Assembly: GCA_947258845.1 (NCBI GenBank)
Contig: CAMYJZ010000001.1
Location: forward strand, 226 to 64,225
Source: an uncultured Ectothiorhodospiraceae bacterium
Lineage (GTDB): Bacteria; Pseudomonadota; Gammaproteobacteria; UBA9214
Length of the DNA stretch: 64,000 nt
Direction of reading: 5' to 3'
Below are positions 13,103 through 22,518 of this stretch, piece after piece. Positions within the stretch are counted from its first letter, which is position 1. Each line of letters starts with the position of its first letter. Position numbers and translations under genes: made by a program. The notes below the pieces were generated by a model. It was not told the DNA's origin. It did not search any database and was given only the letters and a program-made list of their open reading frames with translations.

Positions 13103-14722
13103 TTATGCGGGTTCGGGGACCATTTCAATGGCATGGCAGGGGCACTGTTCGAAGCAGATGCTGCAGCCCGTGCACAGTTCCAGGTCGACTGTGTAACCCC
13201 GGTTCTTTCCGCGCTTGATGATGGCGTGCTCCGGGCAGGCCCCGAAGCAGCCATCGCATTCGAAACAATTGCCGCAGGACAGGCAGCGTTGGGCCTCGAA
13301 TACCGCGTCCCGCTTGCTTAGCCCGTGCACCACCTCCTCGAAGCCGCTCTGGCGCTGCGCCATTTCCAGGCTGTCCTGCGGGCGCTGGTCGGCATCCGTG
13401 AAATACCAGAGGTGCAGTTTGTCGAAGCTTGCCGGCGGTTGTTTGCGGATACTTATGTAGCGCTCGTCACGCAGCCAGCTGTCGATATTGCGGGCCGCCT
13501 TTTTGCCATGACCGACAGCGGTGGTCACGGTGCGTTCGGAGGGCACCATATCGCCGCCGGCGAAGATCCCGGGATGGCCGCTCATCATGTGTTCGTCGAC
13601 ACTGACCGTATCCCCCTGGAACTCCACGCCCGGGATATTCTCGAGCAGGGTGATATCGGTGCTCTGGCCCAGCGCCAGTATCAGGGAATCCGCCTCCAGG
13701 GTTTCCAGCTGGCCGGTACCCCGGGGCCGGCCATCCTCGCCGATTTCCATGACCTCGACCGTGACTGTGGTCTGGTCGATCTCGCGGATGGTGCGCAGCC
13801 AGTTTATCTTGACGCCTTCCTCGATGGCCTCCTGCGCCTCGAATTCATGTGCCGGCATTTGTTCGCGATTGCGGCGGTAGATGATCAGGGCCTCTTCGGC
13901 GCCGAGACGCTTGGCGACCCGGGCCGCATCCATGGCCGTGTTGCCGCCGCCATAGACTGCCACGCGCCGGCCCAGCACGGGTGCATCGCCGGTTTCGACG
14001 CTGGCCAGGAAGTTGACTGCGGACAGCATGCCGGCTGCGTCGCGTGCCGGTATGTCGATGTGCTTGCTGAGGTGGGCGCCGATGGCGACAAACACGGCAT
14101 CGAAATCCCCCTGCTGTTTCTCCGCCAGAACGTCCTCGACCTTGTGATCGAGGACAATCCTGACACCCATGTCCTCGATACGCCGGATCTCTGCATCCAG
14201 GATATCCCGGGGCATGCGGTAGGCAGGGATACCGAAATGCATCATGCCGCCCGCCATCGGTCCGGCCTCGCGGATCTCCACGCTGTGGCCCATGCGGGTC
14301 AGGTGATAGGCGGCCGACAGGCCGCTGGGACCGGCGCCCACCACCAGGATGCGCTTGCCGGTGGGGGTGGGGTCACATTCGATCTTCCAGCCCTTGTCGA
14401 TGGCCCGGTCGCCGAGAAAGCGTTCCACGGCATGGATACTGACCGGATTGTCGAGCTGGGTGCGGTTGCAGCCGGATTCGCAGGGGTGATAGCAGACCCG
14501 TCCGTGTACCGCGGGCATCGGGTTCTCCTCGACCAGCTTCTGCCAGGCCGCCCTGAAGTGTCCGTCCTGGGCCAGCGCGAGCCAGCCCTGGATGTTCTCG
14601 CCGGCCGGGCAGGCCTGGTTGCAGGGCGGCAGCAGGGAGACATACTCGGGCCGTTGCAGGCGCATCTGCCCGATACGTTTTTCCCGGGTCAGATCCGGCG
14701 GGCGCGTCAGATCGTACTTCAT
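13103..14722 (-). CDS. glutamate synthase small-subunit (GltD)-like NAD(P)H oxidoreductase with C-terminal 2x[4Fe-4S] ferredoxin domain
   Basis: GltD/PreT/SudA-like N-terminus (CxxxC...C cluster, two GxGxxG dinucleotide motifs VVGAGPSGLSAA and VYGGGNTAMD) and C-terminal CLSCGNCFECDGC...CTGCSICFEQCP. First gene of the PFOR operon. Confidence 0.85.
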   Translation of the reverse strand: MKYDLTRPPDLTREKRIGQMRLQRPEYVSLLPPCNQACPAGENIQGWLALAQDGHFRAAWQKLVEENPMPAVHGRVCYHPCESGCNRTQLDNPVSIHAVERFLGDRAIDKGWKIECDPTPTGKRILVVGAGPSGLSAAYHLTRMGHSVEIREAGPMAGGMMHFGIPAYRMPRDILDAEIRRIEDMGVRIVLDHKVEDVLAEKQQGDFDAVFVAIGAHLSKHIDIPARDAAGMLSAVNFLASVETGDAPVLGRRVAVYGGGNTAMDAARVAKRLGAEEALIIYRRNREQMPAHEFEAQEAIEEGVKINWLRTIREIDQTTVTVEVMEIGEDGRPRGTGQLETLEADSLILALGQSTDITLLENIPGVEFQGDTVSVDEHMMSGHPGIFAGGDMVPSERTVTTAVGHGKKAARNIDSWLRDERYISIRKQPPASFDKLHLWYFTDADQRPQDSLEMAQRQSGFEEVVHGLSKRDAVFEAQRCLSCGNCFECDGCFGACPEHAIIKRGKNRGYTVDLELCTGCSICFEQCPCHAIEMVPEPA

Positions 14723-15032
14723 TGGCAGTATTTCTCCTGGTTACCGTTACGGCATCATAGCAAGCCGCGGCAGCCGTGGTGTGCACGGCCGGGCATATCC
14801 GGGGTGGTGTCTTGCCCGGATTGTGTGCAGGGACGTCCGGGGCAGGATTCCAGTCAGTCATTCCTTGACACACGACCACTGCATCTTAAACAGCAGCGCG
14901 CAGCGCTTCAAGCGAGTTGCATGCCGCCGGGTCGTGCCCCGGCCATGCGTGCGGGCTTCGCTTGGGATATGATTTTGGGCGGGCCGGGCCTGCGATTCTG
15001 TTCCCGGACATACTCAACGACGAGGTAATGCC

Positions 15033-15905
15033 ATGTTTGAAGCTCCAGCGAGTCCCTTTCTCGTGCCATTCGACGGCGAATTCAGGTGGGCAGATGCGCC
15101 CACCCGGCCGCCCAAGGACGTGCCCGGCAAGAAGGAAATGAAACGGCAGCTGGCGAAGTCGGTCAGCCGGATCGACGAACTGCAGCGAATTTTCCATGCC
15201 CATGACCGCCATTCCGTGCTGCTGGTGTTTCAGGGTATGGATTCGGCCTGCAAGGACGGCACCATCCGGGCCATACTTCAGGGTGGCAATCCCGCCGGTT
15301 GCCAGGTGTTCTCCTTCAAGCAGCCGACGCCTGAAGAGCTCGATCATGATTTTCTCTGGCGTACCAGCCGTCGCCTCCCCGAGCGCGGTCGTATCGGTAT
15401 TTTCAACCGCAGCTACTACGAGGAGGTGCTGGTGGTGCGGGTGCACCCCCACTACCTCGGTGGCCAGAAACTGCCGGTGGATGTCGATTCCGAGACGATA
15501 TGGGCCGACCGTTACGTCTCCATCCGCCAGCACGAGGAACACATTGCGCGCAACGGGACCGTGGTACTGAAGTTCTGGCTGAACGTGTCGCGCGAGGAGC
15601 AGCGGCAGCGCTTCCTGGCGCGACTCGAGGAGAAGGAGAAGCACTGGAAGTTCTCGGTCGGAGATATCCGCGAGCGCGGTTTCTGGGACGAATACATGAC
15701 GGCCTTCGAAACGGCGCTGGCCGAGACCTCGCGCCCCTGGGCCCCCTGGTATGCGATACCGGCGGACAACAAGTCCTACATGCGGCTGTGTGTGGCGGAT
15801 ATCCTGGCCCGGACGCTGGAGTCGCTGGACCTGCACTACCCTGAAGTCGACGCGAAGAAGCTGGCGGAATTCGAGGACATTCGCCAGCGCCTGCTGGCGG
15901 AATAG
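15033..15905 (+). CDS. ppk2: polyphosphate kinase 2 (single PPK2 domain)
   Basis: PPK2 Walker-A-like LLVFQGMDSACKDGT, a lid-region RSYYEEVLVVRVHP and WYAIPADNK. Confidence 0.85.
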   Translation: MFEAPASPFLVPFDGEFRWADAPTRPPKDVPGKKEMKRQLAKSVSRIDELQRIFHAHDRHSVLLVFQGMDSACKDGTIRAILQGGNPAGCQVFSFKQPTPEELDHDFLWRTSRRLPERGRIGIFNRSYYEEVLVVRVHPHYLGGQKLPVDVDSETIWADRYVSIRQHEEHIARNGTVVLKFWLNVSREEQRQRFLARLEEKEKHWKFSVGDIRERGFWDEYMTAFETALAETSRPWAPWYAIPADNKSYMRLCVADILARTLESLDLHYPEVDAKKLAEFEDIRQRLLAE

Positions 15906-16056
15906 CGGGCCAGCGGCCCGACACCAGGCAGACCGTAGCCTGGGTCCGTCGCTGCCGCGACGGACCCAACGAATGTGGCATGCTTCAGTGTTGTCGGGTC
16001 CGCTGCACTTGACCCGACCTGCAGCGGTTGCAGGCGACACCGGGCCCGTAGCCGGG

Positions 16057-16278
16057 TCAGTGCCGCAGGTGATTGCTGGTCAGCAGCTTGAGCACCAGCA
16101 GCACCAGAGGCATGCCGTGCAGGAACAGGTCGAAGATATCGATGGGCCTGGACAGGGTACCGTCTGCCAGCATCTTGAGCTTTTCCCACAGGTGCGGTTC
16201 CGGCTGGAACGGTGCCAGGGCCAGAATCACGGCGACCGGCATCAGTACGACAAGAGGGATAGCCTCGAGCCATTTCAT
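16057..16278 (-). CDS. small membrane protein (73 aa)
   Basis: Two hydrophobic helices; tight spacing with the DUF502 gene on the same strand. Confidence 0.35.
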   Translation of the reverse strand: MKWLEAIPLVVLMPVAVILALAPFQPEPHLWEKLKMLADGTLSRPIDIFDLFLHGMPLVLLVLKLLTSNHLRH

Positions 16279-16290
16279 GACGACCTGGCC

Positions 16291-16887
16291 TCAGCGTGAA
16301 GCGTGGGTGCCGGTGACGCCGGCAGTCAGGGTGAAGCGCATGGCTTCCTCCATGCTCATATCCAGAGGGCGCACGGCACTGCGTGGCAGCAGTATCGTGT
16401 AGCCGCCGATCATATAACTCAACGGCAGGTAGACCAGGATGCTGTCATCATCACGGATACTCTTCGGCAGGCGTTCCGGTACCGCCTGGGTGACGAAACC
16501 GATAACCTGCATGTCCGTGTTGCCGATGTTGACTGCCACCACCTGCTCGAATTCCCTTTTCGTTGACGGGGAGATGAAATCGAAGAAGTCGCGCATCGCC
16601 CGGTAGACCGAGTTGATCAGCGGCAGGTGGTAGAACAGCGCTTCACCCTTGGCGAACAGCCAGCGCACGATATAGGCGTGCATCAGCAGGCCCACCAGGA
16701 ACACCACGACCATGCCCGCGATCACCCCCATACCGGGCCAGTACATGCCCTCCGGCAGCAGCTGGCGAATGGCGTTACCCAGTACCGATTCCATCGAGAT
16801 CACCAGCCAGTAGAGCAGGTAGAGTGTGAGTATGACCGGCAGGATGGTCACCAGCCCGGTCAGGAAGGTTCTGCTTAAGGATTTCAA
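16291..16887 (-). CDS. DUF502 family membrane protein
   Basis: N-terminal TM helices and conserved ...LPLINSVY... region typical of DUF502. Confidence 0.7.
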   Translation of the reverse strand: MKSLSRTFLTGLVTILPVILTLYLLYWLVISMESVLGNAIRQLLPEGMYWPGMGVIAGMVVVFLVGLLMHAYIVRWLFAKGEALFYHLPLINSVYRAMRDFFDFISPSTKREFEQVVAVNIGNTDMQVIGFVTQAVPERLPKSIRDDDSILVYLPLSYMIGGYTILLPRSAVRPLDMSMEEAMRFTLTAGVTGTHASR

Positions 16888-17102
16888 GGTTCGGGCCCCC
16901 GGTCACAAGTATGGTGTTCGGGCCCGCTGTCAATGAAGCGGGCTCCGGTAGAGAGGGTACAGACTGGCCACTGGATTAGCAAAATTCATATCGGGCTGAG
17001 CGGGACCCGGTTTCGGTGTAGATGGCCGCCGCCAATTCTTCGATCCCGGTGCGGTTTTCGGGTTAAACTTCCAGATTATTCATCTGCCAGAGAGCCTGCA
17101 TC

Positions 17103-17954
17103 ATGAAGTTCAGCGTCGACGAGTTCCGTGCCTGGAAGCACAAGAGCGTCACCCTGCTGGGTATGTCGGGGGTGGGCAAGACCTATCTGTCCATGCTGCT
17201 GCGCCAGCACAACTGGTTTCATTACTCAGGTGACTATCGCATCGGCACCCGCTACCTGGACGAGCCCATACTGGACCTGATCAAGCAGCAGGCGATGCAG
17301 GTCCCGTTCCTGCGCGAGTTACTGCGGCGCGACTGGATCTATATCCGCAACAATATCAAGGTGGCCGACCTGGGCCCGGTGCTGAGTTTTGTCGGCAAGC
17401 CCGGTAACCCCGAGCTGGGCGGGGTGCCCCTGGAGGAATTCTCCCGGCGCCAGGCCCTGTACCGCCAGGCCGAGATCGATGCCATGCGTGATGTGCCCGG
17501 CTTTATACGCAAGGCACATGAGATCTACGGCTACCCGAACTTCGTCAATGACGTGGGCGGGAGCCTGTGCGAACTGGAGGAGCCGGCGGTGATCGACCTG
17601 CTGGCCCGGCATACCCTGATTCTGTATATCCGGGTGACGGAAAAGGAGGAAGAGCAGGCCCTGATCGAGCGCGCCCAGAGCGACCCCAAGCCGCTCTATT
17701 ACCGGCCGGCCTTTCTCGAGGAGCAGTTGCAGGAATACCTGCAGCTCAACGGACTGGAATACGCGGCGGAGATGGACCCGAACGACTTCACCCGCTGGGT
17801 CTTCCCGCGCCTGTTCCACTCGCGCGTGCCGCGCTACGAGGCCATCGCCGAACCGCATGGCTATACCGTCACCTCGCGCGAGGTGAGTGCGGTGCGTGAT
17901 GAACAGGACTTTCTGGATCTGCTGGAAACAGCCATTGCCCGCAGGCGGGGCTAG
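17103..17954 (+). CDS. P-loop NTPase-like protein of unknown function
   Basis: Walker A LLGMSGVGKTYLS near the N-terminus. Sits 24 bp upstream of metA on the same strand. Confidence 0.65.
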   Translation: MKFSVDEFRAWKHKSVTLLGMSGVGKTYLSMLLRQHNWFHYSGDYRIGTRYLDEPILDLIKQQAMQVPFLRELLRRDWIYIRNNIKVADLGPVLSFVGKPGNPELGGVPLEEFSRRQALYRQAEIDAMRDVPGFIRKAHEIYGYPNFVNDVGGSLCELEEPAVIDLLARHTLILYIRVTEKEEEQALIERAQSDPKPLYYRPAFLEEQLQEYLQLNGLEYAAEMDPNDFTRWVFPRLFHSRVPRYEAIAEPHGYTVTSREVSAVRDEQDFLDLLETAIARRRG

Positions 17955-17978
17955 CCCGGTTTTTTCAGGGGAAAACGC

Positions 17979-19049
17979 ATGCCGATTGTCGCCCATAACG
18001 AACTGCCGACATTCCAGCGCCTGCGCGATGAGGGCCAGACGATCCTGGACCCGGACCGCGCCATGCATCAGTACATACGCGAACTGCATGTCGGCCTGCT
18101 GAACATGATGCCGGACGCGGCAATCGCGGCCACTGAACGGCAGTTCTACCGGCTGGTGGGGGAGAGCAACCCGATTGCGCAGTTCTACATGCACCCTTTC
18201 ACCCTGAAGGAGCTGCCGCGGGGCGCCCGGGCCCGGGAGCATATCGAGCGCTATTACGAGCCGTTTGAGAAGATCCGCGCTGAGGGACTGGATGCCCTGA
18301 TCATCACCGGCGCCAACGTCACCCATGCCGATCTCTCCCGCGAAGACTTCTGGGACCCGCTGCGCGAGGTGGTGGACTGGGCGACGGAAAACGTGACCTC
18401 GGTGCTGTGTTCCTGTCTTGCCACCCATGCCGTGATGCAGTTTCACCATGGCCAGAAACGCACGCCGCTCCCGGCCAAGCGCTGGGGGGTGTTTCCGCAC
18501 CGGGTACAGCGTTCGCACCATCCGCTGGTGAATGATGTCAACACGGTGTTCGACGTGCCCCACTCACGCTACAACGAGATCAGTCGTGCGCAGTTCGAGG
18601 CGGCCGGGCTGCACGTCCTGGCCGAGAGCGAACAGGCAGGTGTACACCTGGCGGTGAGCGCGGACGGCCTGCGCGTGGTCTATTTCCAGGGGCATCCGGA
18701 GTACGACACGGTGTCCCTGCTGAAGGAATACAAGCGCGAGATACAGCGCTTTGTCGCCGGTGAGCGCGCCGATTATCCGCCGTTTCCGGAAAATTATCTT
18801 AAGCCCCGGGAGTGCGCCATCCTCGACGATTACCGCCGGCGCCTGGCGGCGGCCAGGGAGTCGGGTCTGGAGCCGCCGGAGTTTCCGGAGGTGCTGGTTG
18901 CCGCGCGTCTCGACAACACCTGGCACGATACCGCCGAGGGCATCGTGGGCAACTGGATCGGCCAGGTCTACCAGCTGACCCACCAGGACCGGAAACTGCC
19001 CTTCATGGAAGGCGTGGATCCGAACAACCCGCTGGGTATCGATTTCTAG
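17979..19049 (+). CDS. metA: homoserine O-acyltransferase (MetA family; O-succinyl/acetyl)
   Basis: Co-linear with E. coli MetA: MPI..ELP..., VGLLNMMP, catalytic-region VCWAAQ-like SCLATHAVMQ, FQGHPEYD. Confidence 0.85.
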   Translation: MPIVAHNELPTFQRLRDEGQTILDPDRAMHQYIRELHVGLLNMMPDAAIAATERQFYRLVGESNPIAQFYMHPFTLKELPRGARAREHIERYYEPFEKIRAEGLDALIITGANVTHADLSREDFWDPLREVVDWATENVTSVLCSCLATHAVMQFHHGQKRTPLPAKRWGVFPHRVQRSHHPLVNDVNTVFDVPHSRYNEISRAQFEAAGLHVLAESEQAGVHLAVSADGLRVVYFQGHPEYDTVSLLKEYKREIQRFVAGERADYPPFPENYLKPRECAILDDYRRRLAAARESGLEPPEFPEVLVAARLDNTWHDTAEGIVGNWIGQVYQLTHQDRKLPFMEGVDPNNPLGIDF

Positions 19050-19083
19050 GGCAGCGGCATCGCCGCCGTTGCCGGTGGCGTGC

Positions 19084-19100
19084 GGTGCGTAGAACGCACC
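19084..19100 (+). terminator. short GC hairpin (GGTGCGT-AGA-ACGCACC) just downstream of the metA stop; no U-tract
   Basis: Perfect 7-bp inverted repeat read directly from the sequence. Confidence 0.3.
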
Positions 19101-19134
19101 CTACGATTGCCAGGCTGATCTGCATTTATCCCGT

Positions 19135-19245
19135 CTTGTTTTGCAATTATTGCGCGAATCTTTGCGCTCTTTGCGCCTTTGCGGTGAATGATTTGTCTTG
19201 TGCTTTCCTCCGCGCCCTCTGCGTCTCCGCGGTGAGAATTGATTG
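19135..19245. repeat. cluster of CTTTGCGC-like direct repeats and two about 35-bp imperfect direct repeats in a convergent intergenic region
   Basis: atCTTTGCGCtCTTTGCGCCTTTGCGgtgaatgatttg ... CGCGCCCTCTGCGtctccGCGGTGAgaattgattgg. Confidence 0.3.
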
Positions 19246-19298
19246 GAACATTCGTCCGCAGGACGCCAGCGCAATCCGACATGAGGCGCAAGCCGGTA

Positions 19299-20303
19299 TC
19301 AGTCCCAGTCATCCGCTGCCTGCCCGAGCAGCGGGGCCAGCTGCCGGTCGGCATTGATCACCACCAACCGGTAACTCTTGCCGTTCACCCGGGCGGCGAG
19401 CCACGGGCGCAGCAGCGTGAACAGCTCTGGTGTCGCGGCCAGTCCCGGCAGTGGGGCGAGGATCACTGCACCGGCCGTATTCAGTCCGACCTGGTGGTGC
19501 TCACTTCCCGGCAGCGCCTGGATGGCGAGACGGCTCCAGTCCAGGCGGACACCGCTGGAGCGGCTGCGCGCAATCCCCCGGGCCAGCGTGTCCAGCTCGG
19601 CCACGATCCGTGCACAGGCCGCCCGGTAGCCGGAAAGATTCTCCATGTCCCTGAACTGGAACTCCAGGCCGTCAGCGGTACTGCAGACCGGGCCCGCGTT
19701 CTGGCTGAAGCTCCACTGCGTTACCGATTTCTCCGGCCGCGATACCGGCAGCGGGGCCTGATACCCCGCGAGCAGTTCATCGCAGTGGTACAGGTCGCAA
19801 AAGCGCTCGATGATCTGCTGCTCGAAGGCGGCCTGCTGTGCGGCCAGCGGGCCGTTCACCATGACCGGTGTGCCATCGATCACCAGGGTGACGGTATTTT
19901 CCGGACCGGTCCTGATGACCGGAATTGTCTCGGTGTTTATCAGGCCGGCAAGCGCCCGCAGTTCCGCGGCATAGGCATCCACAGCGCCGGCCCAGCGTCC
20001 CGGGTCGCGATCCCGGGGCAGCTGTGCGGCCTCCAGGCGGGCCCGTTCCGCCGCGGCGCTATAGGCCTCGACCATTTGCGCGATGGCCATCACGGCGAAG
20101 TCCGCCTGCATGGGTTGCGGTGCATCGCCGAGGGTCATGGCGAGCTGGGCGAGCCGGGAGGGCGGTGGCGGTGTTTCTGCAGCTGCCTGGCGCACCGTGG
20201 CCGGGGACAGGGCCAGGCAGCACAGCAGCAGTAACAGGCCACGTCGCTTGCGGGCAGCAGGCGCCGTGCTGGATTCGGGTCGGGACAAGTCTTGCTGGCT
20301 CAT
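19299..20303 (-). CDS. secreted hypothetical protein (about 334 aa) with Sec/Tat-like signal peptide
   Basis: MSQQDLSRPESSTAPAARKRRGLLLLLCCLALSPATV signal. The antisense + ORF 19239..20234 is Arg/Gly-rich junk. Confidence 0.6.
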   Translation of the reverse strand: MSQQDLSRPESSTAPAARKRRGLLLLLCCLALSPATVRQAAAETPPPPSRLAQLAMTLGDAPQPMQADFAVMAIAQMVEAYSAAAERARLEAAQLPRDRDPGRWAGAVDAYAAELRALAGLINTETIPVIRTGPENTVTLVIDGTPVMVNGPLAAQQAAFEQQIIERFCDLYHCDELLAGYQAPLPVSRPEKSVTQWSFSQNAGPVCSTADGLEFQFRDMENLSGYRAACARIVAELDTLARGIARSRSSGVRLDWSRLAIQALPGSEHHQVGLNTAGAVILAPLPGLAATPELFTLLRPWLAARVNGKSYRLVVINADRQLAPLLGQAADDWD

Positions 20304-20562
20304 GAGCGGGTACAGTGGGGGTGCCTGGATTCTAGCATGCGAGCGTGGGTGTGAACCGGCGCGGATGTGCTGCAGCGGTGTGCGGTTTGCGCGGGCCATC
20401 CCCTGCTTGTGCGCTGGATCACGTTATTGGCTTGCCACGGCAGGCGCGCCGTGTGCCGCTTCCGCTGGAGGCTCAGGAAACGCGGTAGTTGGCCGCTAAA
20501 TGGCGTGTCTACACTGTCGGCTGAAGACAACTCAACTTGATATGACCGTGAAGGAAATCGTT

Positions 20563-21219
20563 ATGCTGTGTGAAACCAACTTGAGTAAATTGCTTGAAAC
20601 CCGGCTGCCGGTTTTATGCGTTGCATTGCTGCTTGCTGCATTTCTGCAGGGTTGCGCGACCCTCAACAAGGAAGAGTGTCTGGTAGCGGACTGGCGCCTG
20701 ATCGGTTACCAGGATGGCGTGGCAGGAAAATCAGCCGCCATGGTGGGCAGTTACCGCGAGGACTGCGCCAAACATGCGGTTGTGCCGGACCTTGCTGCGT
20801 ACCAGGCAGGCCGGGAGGAAGGCCTGCTGGAATATTGCCGTCCCGAGAACGGCTACCGTCAGGGTGCGTCCGGCCATGGTTACCCGGCAGTCTGTTCATC
20901 CGCCACGGAAGTCGATTTCCGTGCGGCCTATGAGGCCGGCAGGGATATCCATCTGGCAAGCTCCGAGGTCAACAAGACGGATGCGCTGATTAAAAAGCAA
21001 TGGCAGCGGGTGCGCTCACTGGAACATGAGCGGGAACACAAGCTGTCAGAACTGGTCATGGACGGGATCAGGAGCGAACAACGCGTGCTGCTGCTGTACC
21101 AGATCCATGAGACCGAGGCAGAGATCGCCGACGTAAAGGCCGGGATCAGTGACCTGGAACATGAATTGCAGTATCAGCAGGCACAGCTTGATCAGCTCAG
21201 GCGCAACAGCGCCTACTGA
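20563..21219 (+). CDS. DUF2799-family lipoprotein
   Basis: Lipobox LLAAFLQGC followed by CATLNKEECLVADWRLIGYQDG (the DUF2799 hallmark); C-terminal coiled coil. Confidence 0.7.
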   Translation: MLCETNLSKLLETRLPVLCVALLLAAFLQGCATLNKEECLVADWRLIGYQDGVAGKSAAMVGSYREDCAKHAVVPDLAAYQAGREEGLLEYCRPENGYRQGASGHGYPAVCSSATEVDFRAAYEAGRDIHLASSEVNKTDALIKKQWQRVRSLEHEREHKLSELVMDGIRSEQRVLLLYQIHETEAEIADVKAGISDLEHELQYQQAQLDQLRRNSAY

Positions 21220-21322
21220 CTGCCGGCGCGCGCTGGGTCCGTGGGGCCGGCTGCTGCGGCCCGGTCAAGAATTCGGCAGGATTTTCCTTTCCCGGGAGTG
21301 ACGGCTGAATCATACTCCCGGT

Positions 21323-22453
21323 ATGAACTCATCGACATTTTCTGCCGCATGTGCGACCGGCCCTGACTGGCAGACCATCGCTGCCCGCTGCCTGGAAGAA
21401 CTGGATGCAGGTACCTTACCCGCCAGTCTCGGCTGGCTGTATGTCACCGAACCACTTGCCCCTAAGCTGGGTGAAATGCTGGAGCATCTGCGCACCCTGA
21501 CGGGTGTCCATGACTGGGTGGGCACGGTAGGTGCGGGCATCTGCTACACCGGCCGCGAGATCTACGAAGAAGCGGCCGCGGCCATTATGCTGGCGAACCT
21601 GCCGGATGATTCTGCCCGCCTGATCCCGCCTGGCGTAGTCGCGATGAACAGGATGCTCGAGCAGAACCGTCGATGGATCGATGAGCGGGGCGCACATTTC
21701 GCAATTGTGCACGGTGATCCACGCACTGCGCAGCTACCGCAGCTGATCGAATCGCTGGCGGAGGCGCTGGATCCCGGTTTCCTGGTAGGCGGGCTGACGT
21801 CCGCCGGCGACGATGAGAACAACATCCAGATTGCCGGTGACTTGAGTGAAAATGCACTCTCGGGTGTCCTGCTGGCATCCGATATACCGGTAATTACCGG
21901 ACTGACCCAGGGCGTTTCTCCGCTCGGCAGCAGGCATGTCGTCACGGAATGCCGGAACAATATCCTGGTTACGCTGGACGAGCGGCCGGCGCTGGACGTG
22001 TTTCGCGAGGATATCGGTGATGTACTGTCACGCGACCTTTCGCGCGTCGCGGGTTATATCTTCGCCGGCCTGCCGGTGCGCGGTTCCGATACCGGCGACT
22101 ACCTGGTGCGTAACCTGGTCGGCATCGATCCCGAGCAGAAACTGGTGGCGATCGGTGACCTGGTCGAACCCGGTGATCCGCTGATGTTCTGTCGCCGTGA
22201 CGGCGACAGTGCCCGCGAGGACATGCAGCGCATGCTGGATGATCTCGGCCGGCGGGCCGGGGGCGTACCCAGGGCCGGGGTCTACTATACCTGCCTGGGC
22301 CGTGGCCGCTACCAGTTCGGTGATAACTCGGTGGAACTGAACATGATCCGCGATCGGCTGGGCGACTTTCCGCTGGTCGGATTTTTCTGCAACGGCGAGA
22401 TCTCCCACAACCGTCTCTACGGTTACACCGGGGTCCTGACCCTGTTCGTCTAG
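21323..22453 (+). CDS. FIST N/C domain sensor protein
   Basis: Length and the C-terminal ...GDFPLVGFFCNGEISH... typical of FIST_C. Confidence 0.8.
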   Translation: MNSSTFSAACATGPDWQTIAARCLEELDAGTLPASLGWLYVTEPLAPKLGEMLEHLRTLTGVHDWVGTVGAGICYTGREIYEEAAAAIMLANLPDDSARLIPPGVVAMNRMLEQNRRWIDERGAHFAIVHGDPRTAQLPQLIESLAEALDPGFLVGGLTSAGDDENNIQIAGDLSENALSGVLLASDIPVITGLTQGVSPLGSRHVVTECRNNILVTLDERPALDVFREDIGDVLSRDLSRVAGYIFAGLPVRGSDTGDYLVRNLVGIDPEQKLVAIGDLVEPGDPLMFCRRDGDSAREDMQRMLDDLGRRAGGVPRAGVYYTCLGRGRYQFGDNSVELNMIRDRLGDFPLVGFFCNGEISHNRLYGYTGVLTLFV

Positions 22454-22518
22454 CCCCGGCTGTTCCGTCCGGAGTCTTGGTACACTCTGTTCAGGCAAAC
22501 AAGCGAACAGGTGTCAGC

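Noticed and set aside
13325-16040. ORFs 13325..15028 (+) and 14886..16040 (-) overlapping the GltD-like and PPK2 genes
   Set aside because: They are antisense to genes with clear cofactor and Walker motifs, have low-complexity RG-rich translations and no domains.
17319-18563. 414-aa minus-strand ORF overlapping the P-loop NTPase and metA
   Set aside because: Antisense to two well-supported genes; composition typical of shadow ORFs.
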